Shown here piece after piece: positions 30,054-40,540 of a stretch of 64,000 bases of DNA. Numbering within the stretch: the stretch's first letter is position 1; every line of letters starts with the position of its first letter. The stretch is taken from positions 480,001 through 544,000 of the forward strand of contig CAXXLF010000001.1 of the NCBI GenBank assembly GCA_963664015.2, in the 5' to 3' direction. This DNA is from Candidatus Binatia bacterium (GTDB lineage: Bacteria > Desulfobacterota > Binatia > UBA9968 > CAXXLF01). Made by a program: the position numbers and the translations under genes. Under the pieces are notes generated by a model, which was given only the letters and a program-made list of their open reading frames with translations, was not told the DNA's origin and did no database searches.

Positions 30054-31321
30054 ATGAGCTTTGTCAAAGGCTTGAAGTGCAAAGAGTGCGGCCAGGAATA
30101 CCCCCAGCAGCCCACTCACGTATGTGAAAACTGTTTCGGTCCCCTTGAGATCGTTTACGACTACGATGGGATCCGGAACGTGATCAGGCGCGAGGCCATT
30201 GCCTCGCGCCCTCACAACCTTTGGCGTTATCGAGAACTGCTACCTATCGAAGGTGAGCCCAGAGTCGGCCTCTATTCGGGCTATACGCCACTGGTTCGAG
30301 CCGACCGGCTGGCAAAGGTCTTTGGCGTGAAGGAGCTTTACCTCAAAGACGACTCGGTCAATCATCCGACTTTTTCCTATAAGGACCGTGTTGTTTCGGT
30401 GGCAATCTCCAAGGCCATCGAATTTGGCTACGACACTGTATCGTGCGCATCAACGGGGAACCTGGCAAATTCGGTTGCTGCCCATGCCGCCAAGGCCGGG
30501 CTCTACTGCATCGTGTTCATTCCCGAAGGTCTGGGACAGGGAAAAATCGTCGGATCAGCCATCTATGGTCCTCGCACAGTTGCCGTCAGAGGGAACTACG
30601 ATGACGTCAACCGACTCTGCAGCGAAATCGGGGACAAGTACCGCTGGGCCTTTGTTAATGTTAACCTCCGGCCTTATTATGCGGAGGGAGCCAAGACCCA
30701 CGGTTTTGAAATAGCCGAACAACTTGGCTGGAAGTTGCCCCGCCATTTCGTGGTTGCCTCCGCCGGTGGGACCATCCTGCCCAAGGTTGCCCGGGCATTC
30801 GAAGAGCTTAAGCTATTGGGATTGGTTGAGGACCAAGAATGCAGCATCTATTCTGCCCAGGCCAGCGGATCGGCACCTATTATCAATGCCCTCAAGCAGG
30901 GTACCGATGTCATAACCCCGGTAAAACCCAACACCATCGCCAGTTCCATCGCCATCGCGATCCAGCAGACGGTTACTATGTGCTTCAGACGATTCGTGAG
31001 TCGGGGGGCTGGGGTGAGTGCGTTACCGACGACGAGATCCTTGAGGGGATCAGCCTCTTGGCCAGGACTGAAGGAATTTTTACCGAACCGGCAGGGGGTA
31101 CCGAAGTTGCAGTGACAAGGAAATTAATCGAACAGGGAAGAATTCCGAGAGACGAATCTATTGTTGTTAGCATCACGGGAAATGGCTACAAATCCCTGGA
31201 GGCCGTCGCCGATACCGTTGACAAGCCTGTCTGCATCGATGCCGACCTCAATAGATTTGACGAACTCCATCTCCAATGGAACCCGGATTCGATCAGGAAG
31301 GCGGCGGCTAGCAGGGGGTGA
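30054..31321 (+). CDS. Threonine-synthase-like PLP enzyme; single-base frameshift at about 30957
   Basis: Zn ribbon CKEC/CENC, PTFSYKDR, ASTGNLA; restoring one G gives IAIGDPADG..EGIFTEPAGG..ITGNGYK. Confidence 0.85.
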
Positions 31322-31404
31322 GCTTTGGCTTCCTGACACCTTGAAAGCCAGAGCCATAAGGTTTATAAAAGACATTAAACTAGATTTTTAAAGGAGGTTT
31401 AACG

Positions 31405-31683
31405 ATGAGCGCACGCGTGCGAGTGCCAACATCACTAAGAAAATTTACCCAGGGAGCCGACGAAGTCGACGCCCAGGGAGAAACCATCAAGGATTTGGTC
31501 GACAACCTGGAACAGAATTATCCGGGTATCAAAGAGCGAATTTGCGATGACACGGGAAAGGTCCGCCGATTCGTCAACGTATACGTCAACGGAGACGATA
31601 TTCGTTTCTTGCAGAACCTGGAGACCGCAGTGAGCAACGGAGACAATATTTCCATCGTTCCAGCCATCGCTGGTGGGACCTAA
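31405..31683 (+). CDS. MoaD/CysO-type ubiquitin-like sulfur carrier ending in GG-T
   Basis: VPTSLR, RFVNVYVNGDDIRFL, IVPAIAGGT. Confidence 0.92.
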   Translation: MSARVRVPTSLRKFTQGADEVDAQGETIKDLVDNLEQNYPGIKERICDDTGKVRRFVNVYVNGDDIRFLQNLETAVSNGDNISIVPAIAGGT

Positions 31684-31701
31684 CCCGCCTTTTTCTCTCT
31701 T

Positions 31702-32703
31702 ATGTTAAAGCCAGTCCGCCGCCTCTCGGAGGTCGCCGATCGGTTGGCCGAACCCCGTAAAGTCGAATCTATACTCGATTTGATTGGCGATACTCCGCTT
31801 TTAGAAATTCGAAAGATCTCTCGCGGAGTAGCCCCTGGCGTACGAATCTTTGCCAAGCTGGAGGGACTCAATCCCGGCGGCTCGGTGAAAGACAGACCGG
31901 CCCTCAAGATGATTAAGGAGGGGATCAAATCGGGACAGTTAAAAAAAGGGAAAACCATTATTGAATCGACCTCGGGAAATACCGGTATAGCCATAGCTAT
32001 GATCGGGCGAGCCCTGCAATACCCGGTCGAGTTGGTCATGCCGGAGAATGTCACCCATGAACGCAAACAAATAATCGCCGCCTACGGGGCAAAGGTCATA
32101 TTCAGCGATCCCATGGAGGGATCCGATGGCGCAATCTTGCTGTGTCGAAAGATCCTGGAACAGGATCCCGACAAGTACTTCAAACCCGACCAGTACTTCA
32201 ATCCAATGAACAGCCAGGCTCATTATGAAAGCACTGGCCCCGAGATCTATCATCAGACCCACGGAAAGGTCACGCACCTGATTGCAGGCATCGGGACCAG
32301 TGGAACGATTATGGGTTCAGGACGTTACCTCAAGGAGAACAATCCCAAGATCCGTGTTATTGCAGCGGAACCGGACGATGCCCTGCACGGGCTGGAAGGC
32401 CTCAAGCACATGGCCAGTTCCATCGTTCCGGGGATCTATCACGAAGAGGAGTTGGACGAAAAGATTCCGGTTTCCACCGAAGACGCCTACACCATGGTTT
32501 ACAGGATCAGTCAGGAGGAAGGTGTTCTGGTGGGACAATCGTCCGGGGCGGCATTGCACGCAACCCTAGAGGTAGCCAAGAGACTCCGCTCGGGCACGCT
32601 TGTAACGGTTTTTCCTGATTTCGGCAGCAAATACCTGACGACCAATCTCTGGGTTGGCTGGCAGGAAAAATTTAAAGTCGGGAATCTCAAATTCTCTATC
32701 TGA
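31702..32703 (+). CDS. cysM: PLP-dependent cysteine synthase (CysM-like)
   Basis: IGDTPL, NPGGSVKDR, TSGNTG, GIGTSGT, GLKHM, GQSSGA. Confidence 0.88.
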   Translation: MLKPVRRLSEVADRLAEPRKVESILDLIGDTPLLEIRKISRGVAPGVRIFAKLEGLNPGGSVKDRPALKMIKEGIKSGQLKKGKTIIESTSGNTGIAIAMIGRALQYPVELVMPENVTHERKQIIAAYGAKVIFSDPMEGSDGAILLCRKILEQDPDKYFKPDQYFNPMNSQAHYESTGPEIYHQTHGKVTHLIAGIGTSGTIMGSGRYLKENNPKIRVIAAEPDDALHGLEGLKHMASSIVPGIYHEEELDEKIPVSTEDAYTMVYRISQEEGVLVGQSSGAALHATLEVAKRLRSGTLVTVFPDFGSKYLTTNLWVGWQEKFKVGNLKFSI

Positions 32704-32751
32704 GTTCAAGCTTCCCGGCAAAGATTCGAGTGTCACAGGCTTAGTTGCACC

Positions 32752-34044
32752 ATGTTAGTTAAGTGCCCCGGTTGTTTAACCACCTATCGGGTAGGCAAAA
32801 ATCTGGTTAAAAGTAAAAAACCGGCTTTTCGCTGCTCTCGCTGCAAACTCATCTTCGCCCTAGAGCTAAAGTCGCATGACGATAGCGAGCAGGAGAAACG
32901 GCTTTCCTCAGACTCAATCCAGCTAAGTACGGACAGTGAACCGGAACTGCCCTTCACAGCTTCCGAGGATGAAACTACCGCAGATAAGCCAGTCAGTCCG
33001 AGTGAATATTTTAGCCATCAAGTATTCTCGGAACAGCAAGAGGAGGAACCCTCTATCCCCACATCCTTATCGCGCGGTTTTCACAAACCCAAGGACTCGC
33101 GCCCCAGCGCATTCTCTGTAACCCCATCAAGCCGGTTTTCCGAGTCTTTACCTCCCGAAACGCCAGAAGATAACCCACCCAGGGAAGAGTCCCAACAGGC
33201 CGATCAGGAACCGCCTACCCACAACTCTGAACAGCCCCCAGCCCAGTCGTTTGAGGAAATATTTGGGAAGCCTAAAGATGAATTCCCAGAGAGCCCAGAG
33301 GTTCCCGAATCGCCAGCTCCACAATCCTGGAAGCTGGAGGGTCCAGAGACACCGACTCCCGCCTCCCAAGAAAGCGCTACCGCCCCAGAGCCCGAAACGG
33401 TTGAGGAGTCGGAGCCGGAACCGGCATTCGAACTGTCCTTTGATGATTTAGCCTCCAATGAGGAGAGAAGGGAAAGAAAAGTGGTTACAGATCCATTGAG
33501 GGGCGGCGGGTCCCTTTCCGTAATTCCATACGTGAGTCTTTTTGGTTTCCTGATTCTGGTTTTTTCGCTGACAACTCTGATGCATCAAACCCAACCGGAG
33601 CGGCTGGAAGGCTATCTCAAATCCGTTCCCTGGTTCGGATCCGCACTGTTCAAAAACAAGCACCTGCGGCACGGTGTCGTCGTCGGATCACTACAAACAG
33701 GCTACCAGCGAATCCTTGGGAACCGTGAAGTCTTCGTGATCTCTGGCAGGATATACAACCGCAATCCGGTCAGTATAGGTGAGGTTCAAGTCGAGGGCCA
33801 GATTCATACGAGTGGCGAAAAAGAGCTCGCAAGCCAGGCAATCTCGGTGGGGAACCCGATCTCGTCAAAGATTATCCGCGATATGACGGTTAGGGAGATT
33901 GCCATCCTTCAACGGCTCAGGCCGCAAAAGAAATTCGAGGTGGCACCCCAGGGTTCCGCTGGCTTTACTATCGTTTTCCTCAAGCCCTCAAAAAAGATTA
34001 AATCTTTTAGCTGTAGGGTGTTATCGGCAAAAGGCTCAATTTAG
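32752..34044 (+). CDS. MJ0042-type zinc-ribbon protein with Pro/Glu-rich linker, TM segment and DUF3426-like periplasmic domain
   Basis: CPGC..RCSRC N-terminus, low-complexity linker, single TM. Confidence 0.75.
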   Translation: MLVKCPGCLTTYRVGKNLVKSKKPAFRCSRCKLIFALELKSHDDSEQEKRLSSDSIQLSTDSEPELPFTASEDETTADKPVSPSEYFSHQVFSEQQEEEPSIPTSLSRGFHKPKDSRPSAFSVTPSSRFSESLPPETPEDNPPREESQQADQEPPTHNSEQPPAQSFEEIFGKPKDEFPESPEVPESPAPQSWKLEGPETPTPASQESATAPEPETVEESEPEPAFELSFDDLASNEERRERKVVTDPLRGGGSLSVIPYVSLFGFLILVFSLTTLMHQTQPERLEGYLKSVPWFGSALFKNKHLRHGVVVGSLQTGYQRILGNREVFVISGRIYNRNPVSIGEVQVEGQIHTSGEKELASQAISVGNPISSKIIRDMTVREIAILQRLRPQKKFEVAPQGSAGFTIVFLKPSKKIKSFSCRVLSAKGSI

Positions 34045-34047
34045 GTT

Positions 34048-34254
34048 CTATGACGATCCTTCTTTTTTATCGTCGTTCTCTTCCTTCTCCGCTGGATCCG
34101 GAGTGATATCGACCTCGTCGGACTGACGAATCGATTTGCGGAAACTCCGGATTCCCTTACCAAGCCCTTCCCCAATGTCCGGAAGCTTTCGGCTAAAGAG
34201 GACCACAACAATGATCAGAACAATCAGAAGTTCCCAAATGCCAAATCCAAACAT
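34048..34254 (-). CDS. tatA: Twin-arginine translocase TatA/E
   Basis: MFGFGIWELLIV..KLPDIGEGLGKGIRSFRK. Confidence 0.92.
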   Translation of the reverse strand: MFGFGIWELLIVLIIVVVLFSRKLPDIGEGLGKGIRSFRKSIRQSDEVDITPDPAEKEENDDKKEGSS

Positions 34255-34359
34255 AACCGCATCTTAGCGCAATGCCTCCACCTGGCGCAAGACGGATCTA
34301 CCGGCCTGGGCCAAACCCGCCCTTGCCCCACTCTAAGGCCATGCGTTATCATATGAATT

Positions 34360-35178
34360 GTGTCTAATTCGTACCCGACTCTGTACTCCTGTATCTTTAT
34401 CTCGCTGTGTCTACACCTGATATTCCTTTACCCATGGACAGACCGCCCCAGGATGCACAGGGCACAAAAGATCAGCCCACCGATCCCAGTGGCCTTCATC
34501 CCGACGCTGCGACCCAAGGTAGAAAAGCCGAAGATTGATAAAATAGAGACCCCAAAGCAAAAAAAGCCGATCAGGACTGTAAGTCGAAGCACCCCCCAAA
34601 AGATCACCCCAAACCCACCCAATACTCAACCCAAGATCGCCCGCCGAACCAGCCCCCGTAAACCCAATCCCCCAGTGGTAGAGGAAAGGACTCTACCCAA
34701 GGGTATCCGATGGCCCGATGAAGAGGCGAAGAAGCCTCGCCCCCAAGTGACCAAAAATAAAACCATCGTGCACCGCAGCCTGCCCTCTTTACAAGAACTA
34801 CAATCGCCCCTGGACTGGTCGAGACCCAAGTTGGACCCTACCGTCAACGAGAACGCTATCTCGCTGAACAGCAAAGACCCCCACTATATCTCTTACTTGG
34901 CCAGTATTAAGCAATCCATTGAGTTAGTATGGGAATATCCCCTCGCAGCGCTAAACCAGGGGATTCAGGGGACGCTCGTGATTGAATTCACCATTGCGGC
35001 GAGCGGGAGTCTATCCGGGGCAAGGCTAATTAACTCGTCTGGATTTTCCGTCTTGGATGAAGAGGCCTTGAGGACCGTGCGCTCGGCCGCTCCCTTTCAT
35101 CCGATTCCTTACCGGATTGAAAAACGGCCGCTATCCGTAGTCGCCAGCTTTGAGTACTTCGATAATCGCCTGCGGTAA
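34360..35178 (+). CDS. TonB-family energy transducer
   Basis: SLCLH TM, Pro/Lys linker, WEYP..GIQG..SSGFSVLDEEA..APF. Confidence 0.85.
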   Translation: MSNSYPTLYSCIFISLCLHLIFLYPWTDRPRMHRAQKISPPIPVAFIPTLRPKVEKPKIDKIETPKQKKPIRTVSRSTPQKITPNPPNTQPKIARRTSPRKPNPPVVEERTLPKGIRWPDEEAKKPRPQVTKNKTIVHRSLPSLQELQSPLDWSRPKLDPTVNENAISLNSKDPHYISYLASIKQSIELVWEYPLAALNQGIQGTLVIEFTIAASGSLSGARLINSSGFSVLDEEALRTVRSAAPFHPIPYRIEKRPLSVVASFEYFDNRLR

Positions 35179-35228
35179 ACTTTTACCCCAGAGGGGGAGA
35201 AGCAATTTACACCAACGGTCCTGCCCTC

Positions 35229-36725
35229 TCAGCCCTGAGTCTTGACCGAGTCTTCGGCCAGCCAGCGTAGGACCAACCTCCTTGCAGCTCCGGCTTCATC
35301 CAAACGGCTCACCGGCGTCGAGTGGGGGGCCGTCTTAACCAGTTCAGGAGATTCTTTGGCCTCCCGTGCGATTGCTATCATCGCATCCGTAAAGCTGTCC
35401 AGAATTTCAGGGGTTTCGGTCTCCGTAGGCTCGATCATAATGGCCCCCGATACGACCAGGGGAAAGTAGATGGTCGGCGGGTGAAACCCGTAGTCCAACA
35501 GACGTTTAGCGATATCCATTGTGGTCACACCGAGTTTTTGCTGCAAACGATCAGTAAACACGCATTCGTGCATGCAGGGTGCGGAAAAGGCCAGATGATA
35601 ATAGGGCTCCAGTCTCTTGCGAATATAATTGGCATTGAGTAACGCCATCCGACTGGTCTCTTCCAAACCATCGCCACCCAGGGCAAGGATATAGGCGTAA
35701 GCCCTGGCCAAGATTCCGAAGTTGCCTAAAAACGAACGGACCCGGCCGATTGATAGGGGATGATCCTCCCCCAATTCGAACCCTCCATCGCCTTTTTGGA
35801 TCCGTGGTACCGGCAGGTAATCCCGCAAGAAACCCTTGACCCCGACAGGCCCCGCACCAGGTCCGCCTCCACCGTGAGGGGTGGAAAAGGTCTTATGGAG
35901 GTTGACGTGAAGGACATCCACCCCCATCTGGCCCGGCTTGGCGATCCCCATCAGTGCGTTCATATTAGCACCGTCCATATATACTAGCCCGTCCTGGGCA
36001 TGAACCACTTCGGCAATGGACTGAATGTCCTGTTCGAAGATTCCGAAGGTATTGGGGTTGGTAATCATCAGCGCCGCCACATCTTCGTCCATCACCTGCT
36101 TGACTTTCTCCGTCTCTAAAAACCCCCGATTATTGGAAGGGACCTGAGTCACCTCGTAACCGCAAAGAGTCGAACTGGCCGGGTTGGTTCCATGGGCTGT
36201 GTCCGGTACAAGAATCTTTTTACGCGGGTTGCCCTGGGCCGACATGTGGGCGCGAATCAACATAAGCCCGGTCAGTTCCCCCTGAGCTCCCGCCGCCGGC
36301 TGTAGGGTGACATGGTCCATTCCACACACCTCGGCTAGCATCCGCTCCAGATTGTACAGCAGCTCTAGTGCCCCCTGGATCAGCGGTAGGGGAGCCAACG
36401 GATGGATGTGGGCCATGCCTGGGAGACGCACCACCGCCTCGTTGACCTTTGGATTGTATTTCATGGTACACGAACCCAGGGGGTAGAACTGCCCCTCGAT
36501 ACTGTAATTCAGGTGTGAGAGGTTGGTGAAATGACGCAGCACCTCGAGTTCGCCCAGTTCGGGAAAGTCCGTGATTTCCTGCCTAAGCAAATGTGAAGGA
36601 ATCAGTTCCTGCGGGGACGGCAACTCTTCAGGCCAGGAGAATGCGGTCCTGCCGGGCGAGCCACGCTCAAAGAGAAGGAGCCGTGGGGCCCGATGATTAG
36701 TTTTTTCCGGTGAATGTCCTGACAA
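35229..36725 (-). CDS. gcvPB: Glycine dehydrogenase subunit 2
   Basis: YPLGSCTMKYNP, QPAAGAQGE, NLHKTFSTPHGGGGPG. Confidence 0.96.
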   Translation of the reverse strand: MSGHSPEKTNHRAPRLLLFERGSPGRTAFSWPEELPSPQELIPSHLLRQEITDFPELGELEVLRHFTNLSHLNYSIEGQFYPLGSCTMKYNPKVNEAVVRLPGMAHIHPLAPLPLIQGALELLYNLERMLAEVCGMDHVTLQPAAGAQGELTGLMLIRAHMSAQGNPRKKILVPDTAHGTNPASSTLCGYEVTQVPSNNRGFLETEKVKQVMDEDVAALMITNPNTFGIFEQDIQSIAEVVHAQDGLVYMDGANMNALMGIAKPGQMGVDVLHVNLHKTFSTPHGGGGPGAGPVGVKGFLRDYLPVPRIQKGDGGFELGEDHPLSIGRVRSFLGNFGILARAYAYILALGGDGLEETSRMALLNANYIRKRLEPYYHLAFSAPCMHECVFTDRLQQKLGVTTMDIAKRLLDYGFHPPTIYFPLVVSGAIMIEPTETETPEILDSFTDAMIAIAREAKESPELVKTAPHSTPVSRLDEAGAARRLVLRWLAEDSVKTQG

Positions 36726-38046
36726 GTTGATCGATCTCCTCCCTCTCGTTCATTTCAGTCACACACACGAGCAGGCATTGGGCGAGCTCCGGATACCATT
36801 GTTTCAACGCCAGACCCGGGACCACCCTGCTGGATTCCAGACGCCCGAGCATTGGTTCCAGATCCTTCACCTCCAGAACGAACTCATTGAAGAACGGCCC
36901 GTCAAATACAGGTGTAAGCCCCGCTTCCCGAAGCAGCCGTTCCCTCGCCTCATGAGCTCGCGCTACATTGATCTCGGCAATATGGCGCATCCCGGATTTT
37001 CCCATACTGGCCATAAAGACCGTGGCTGCCAGGGTACACAGGCTCTGAGTCGTGCAGATGTTGGAAGTGGCCTTCTCCCTGCGAATATGCTGCTCCCTCG
37101 TGGCCAGGGTTAAAACAAAGCCGCGCTGACCCTCGTGATCAACCGTCTCACCCACCAACCTACCTGGCATCGTGCGAACGAATTGTTTACGGCATGTAAA
37201 GAATCCAAACCCAGGCCCGCCGAGACTCATGGGCAGCCCCAGACTCTGTCCCTCGCCTACCGCAATGTCGGCACCCCATTCACCGGGAGGCTTCAGTAAC
37301 GCCAGGGATAGGGCCTCCGTGGTCACGGTAATCAACAAGGCCCCGTGGGCATTGCATGCGTCGCGCATGGGAGCGAGGTCTTCAATCACGCCAAAGAAAT
37401 TCGGATATCCCGTAACAATACAGAGGGTTTTATCGTCCATTGTGTTCGCCACGAACTCGGCATCCGATTGACCACTCTTGTCCCAGGGGACCTCAACGAT
37501 TTCGATTCCTTCCATGTTCCGGAGATAGGTAGCCACAACCGCGCGGTACTGGGGATGAAGCGACCGAGAGAGTAATACCCGATGTCTCCTTTTCTGGATG
37601 CGGCGCGCCATGAGGACCGCCTCCGCCACTGCCGAGGCACCGTCGTACAATCCCGCATTGCAAACCTCCATCCCTGTTAGCTGGCACATGAGGGTTTGAT
37701 ATTCGAACGTCGCCTGGAGCGTTCCCTGACTGACCTCCGGCTGATAAGGGGTGTAGGAGGTCGCGAACTCAGCCCGAGAAATTATGGCATCCACAGTGCT
37801 GGGGATGAAATGGTGATAGATACCGCCTCCGAGGAACAGGGAGCAGTCCTCGGGCGTGCCGTTACGTGCGGCGAGCACGCCCATCTCTTTCTTGACCGCC
37901 CGTTCGGAAATCCCAGGGGGAAGACCGATGCCTGCTCGTTCCCGGAGGGATTGGGGGATATGGCCGTATAGACTCTCAACGCCATCGACGCCAATGGCCT
38001 GAAGCATCCGGTTCTTATCCGAACCCGTATGAGGAGTGTAACCCAT
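36697..38046 (-). CDS. gcvPA: Glycine dehydrogenase subunit 1
   Basis: YTPYQPEVSQG, TREQHIRREKATSNIC. Confidence 0.96.
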   Translation of the reverse strand: MGYTPHTGSDKNRMLQAIGVDGVESLYGHIPQSLRERAGIGLPPGISERAVKKEMGVLAARNGTPEDCSLFLGGGIYHHFIPSTVDAIISRAEFATSYTPYQPEVSQGTLQATFEYQTLMCQLTGMEVCNAGLYDGASAVAEAVLMARRIQKRRHRVLLSRSLHPQYRAVVATYLRNMEGIEIVEVPWDKSGQSDAEFVANTMDDKTLCIVTGYPNFFGVIEDLAPMRDACNAHGALLITVTTEALSLALLKPPGEWGADIAVGEGQSLGLPMSLGGPGFGFFTCRKQFVRTMPGRLVGETVDHEGQRGFVLTLATREQHIRREKATSNICTTQSLCTLAATVFMASMGKSGMRHIAEINVARAHEARERLLREAGLTPVFDGPFFNEFVLEVKDLEPMLGRLESSRVVPGLALKQWYPELAQCLLVCVTEMNEREEIDQLVRTFTGKN

Positions 38047-38055
38047 TGGATCGGC

Positions 38056-38499
38056 TTATTCCTTCTCCTCCTCATCCTCATCCTCATCCTCCTCATCGTC
38101 GTCCTCATCCACATCCTTTTGCTGATCAAGGTATTCGCCGTACTCCTCCGGACTCAATAGATCCTTGAGTTCTTCCTTGTCCGACATTTCAACCTTGATC
38201 AGCCAACCGTCCCCGTAAGGGTCTTCATTGACCATCTCTGGACCGTCGGGAATAGAATCATTCACTTCAACGACCGTACCACTCACTGGGGCAAAAAGCT
38301 CGGACACTGCTTTGACGGACTCCACCGAGCCGAAGGGATCGTCTTTGGTGATCTTTTCACCGACCTCGGGGAGCTCCACGTAAACGATATCCCCCAGTTC
38401 TTCTTGCGCGTATTCGGTAATTCCCACGGTAGCACCGTCATCTTCCACCAGCACCCATTCGTGTTCTTTCGTATACTTGAGACCCTTAGGGAAACTCAT
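38056..38499 (-). CDS. gcvH: Glycine cleavage H protein with acidic C-terminal tail
   Basis: [12 protein letters not shown] lipoyl site, DPYGDGW. Confidence 0.96.
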   Translation of the reverse strand: MSFPKGLKYTKEHEWVLVEDDGATVGITEYAQEELGDIVYVELPEVGEKITKDDPFGSVESVKAVSELFAPVSGTVVEVNDSIPDGPEMVNEDPYGDGWLIKVEMSDKEELKDLLSPEEYGEYLDQQKDVDEDDDEEDEDEDEEEKE

Positions 38500-38559
38500 G
38501 ATCTCCTCCTTTCACTTCTGAGCAGCTTGCTCAATACAATTGGTTTGCTAACGACCGTC

Positions 38560-39645
38560 TTAGCGTCGATAGAACGGCAGTTTCACCACCCGTCCCTTGA
38601 TTTTTCGCCCCCGTACTTCCACTTCAATTGGATTTCCCGTCTCTGCCTCCTCCACTGAAACGTATCCCAGCCCAATGGCTTTTTTGAGCGTAGGTGATTT
38701 AGTGCCACTAGTCACCTGTCCCACCGGTCTCCCATCCTTGATAATTTGATGACCGCCTCGCGCAATGCCGGGCTCAAGCAGTTCCAAACCAACGAGCTTG
38801 CGTCGAATGCCTTCTTGTTTCTGCTTCACCAGGGCGTCGCGGCCCAGGAAATCGCCTTTGGAGAGCCGGGTTACCCATCCCAGTCCCGCCTCCAGTGGAG
38901 TGGTCTGATCATCCAGTTCGTGACCATAAAGGGGCAGTGCCCGTTCTAATCGCAGCGTGTCCCTCGCACCCAAACCCACCGGTTTAAGCCCGGTTTCCTT
39001 GCCGACCTCCCACAGTTCATTCCAGAGTTTTGGACCATGGGTGGGTTCGCAATAGAGCTCAAACCCATCCTCCCCCGTATACCCTGTCCGTGATACCAGT
39101 GCGGAACCACCGGCAACATCACCGATGAAATAACAAAATGGCTTCAACTCATCTAAGGGAAATGCAGTTAAGGGCTGCAAGACCTGTGGAGCCCGCGGTC
39201 CTTGGAGGGCCAGTAGCACCGTATCATCGCTCTTGTCCAGAACTTGAGTGTTTCCCTCTCTATGATTTTGAATCCATTGAAAGTCTTTGGATCGATTAGA
39301 GGCATTGACGCAAAGGAGAACAACCTCTCCTTCCATCCTATAAACCATCACATCGTCTACGACACCGCCGTTCTCGTTAAGCAGTAGGCTATACTGGGCC
39401 TGGCCGGGTCCAATGCGTGTGATATCATTGGCCGTGAGCTTCTGGCATAAGTCAAAAGCATCCGGCCCGGAGATCTCAATCTCACCCATGTGGCTTACAT
39501 CGAAAATCCCCACAGCACTCCTAACGGTGAGATGCTCATCCATAATACCGCTATACTGTACGGGCATTTCCCATCCGCCAAATTCGATCATCTTCGCCCC
39601 CAGGCGTCGATGGGCAGAGTAGAGGGGCGTTCTTTTAAGCTTCAA
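38560..39645 (-). CDS. gcvT: Aminomethyltransferase
   Basis: FDVSHMGE, SRTGYTGEDG, GARDTLRLE. Confidence 0.96.
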   Translation of the reverse strand: MKLKRTPLYSAHRRLGAKMIEFGGWEMPVQYSGIMDEHLTVRSAVGIFDVSHMGEIEISGPDAFDLCQKLTANDITRIGPGQAQYSLLLNENGGVVDDVMVYRMEGEVVLLCVNASNRSKDFQWIQNHREGNTQVLDKSDDTVLLALQGPRAPQVLQPLTAFPLDELKPFCYFIGDVAGGSALVSRTGYTGEDGFELYCEPTHGPKLWNELWEVGKETGLKPVGLGARDTLRLERALPLYGHELDDQTTPLEAGLGWVTRLSKGDFLGRDALVKQKQEGIRRKLVGLELLEPGIARGGHQIIKDGRPVGQVTSGTKSPTLKKAIGLGYVSVEEAETGNPIEVEVRGRKIKGRVVKLPFYRR

Positions 39646-39676
39646 GGAATTCGCCTTATCTCTCGCGATTCGACCT

Positions 39677-40540
39677 CTATGAACTCGCCCGTTTCAGCGT
39701 TTCCTTGGCTGACCGTAAAGTGTTGAAGAGGAGCATACAAATGGTCATGGGACCGACACCGCCGGGAACCGGCGTGATCCAGGAGGCACGCTCTTTAGCG
39801 CTTTCAAACTCTACATCCCCAGTCAACTTGCCGTCGGCGCGCCGATTGATCCCTACATCGATGACCACTGCACCGGATTTGATCCATTCGCCACGAATCA
39901 GGCCAGCCTTTCCTATGGCAGCCACAACGATATCCGCTTGAGCCACCTCGCCCGCGAGATCCGTCGTACGCGAGTGGCATAGGGTTACCGTCGCGTGCCG
40001 GGCCAGAAGCATCAAAGCCACCGGCTTCCCGACAATGTTGCTCCGGCCGACGACCACGGCCTTTTTCCCCTTGGGATCGCAACCCACGGATTCCAAGAGC
40101 TTGATTATTCCCATGGGGGTGCAGGGTTGAAAACCGTCCACCCCTTGAAGGAGAAACCCCTGATTGACCGGATGAAACCCATCTACATCTTTTTCCGGGA
40201 TCACTGACTGAAGCACCTTTTCGGTGTCCATATGTGCCGGCAACGGGAGCTGGACCAGAATCCCATGGATCTCCCTGTCCCGGTTCAAACTTTGAATCAT
40301 TGCGATGAGTTCACGCTCAGAGACAGTTTCAGGCAGTAGATGCTCCCTGGAGAGAATCTCCACCTCCTGGCACGCCTTTTTCTTGTTACGGACATACACC
40401 TGGGAGCTGGGGTCGTTTCCGACTAGCACCACTCCCAATCCAGGGAGCAGGTTTGATTGGCTCTTAATCGCCAGGACTTCCGCTTTAATTTGGTTGCGAA
40501 CTTCACGGGCAATCGCCTTACCGTCAATAATCATACCCAT
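39677..40540 (-). CDS. folD: Methylenetetrahydrofolate dehydrogenase/cyclohydrolase
   Basis: [29 protein letters not shown]. Confidence 0.96.
   Translation of the reverse strand: MGMIIDGKAIAREVRNQIKAEVLAIKSQSNLLPGLGVVLVGNDPSSQVYVRNKKKACQEVEILSREHLLPETVSERELIAMIQSLNRDREIHGILVQLPLPAHMDTEKVLQSVIPEKDVDGFHPVNQGFLLQGVDGFQPCTPMGIIKLLESVGCDPKGKKAVVVGRSNIVGKPVALMLLARHATVTLCHSRTTDLAGEVAQADIVVAAIGKAGLIRGEWIKSGAVVIDVGINRRADGKLTGDVEFESAKERASWITPVPGGVGPMTICMLLFNTLRSAKETLKRASS

Noticed and set aside
39645-39680. Glycine riboswitch upstream of gcvT
   Set aside because: The folD-gcvT gap is only about 30 bp and no aptamer motif is present
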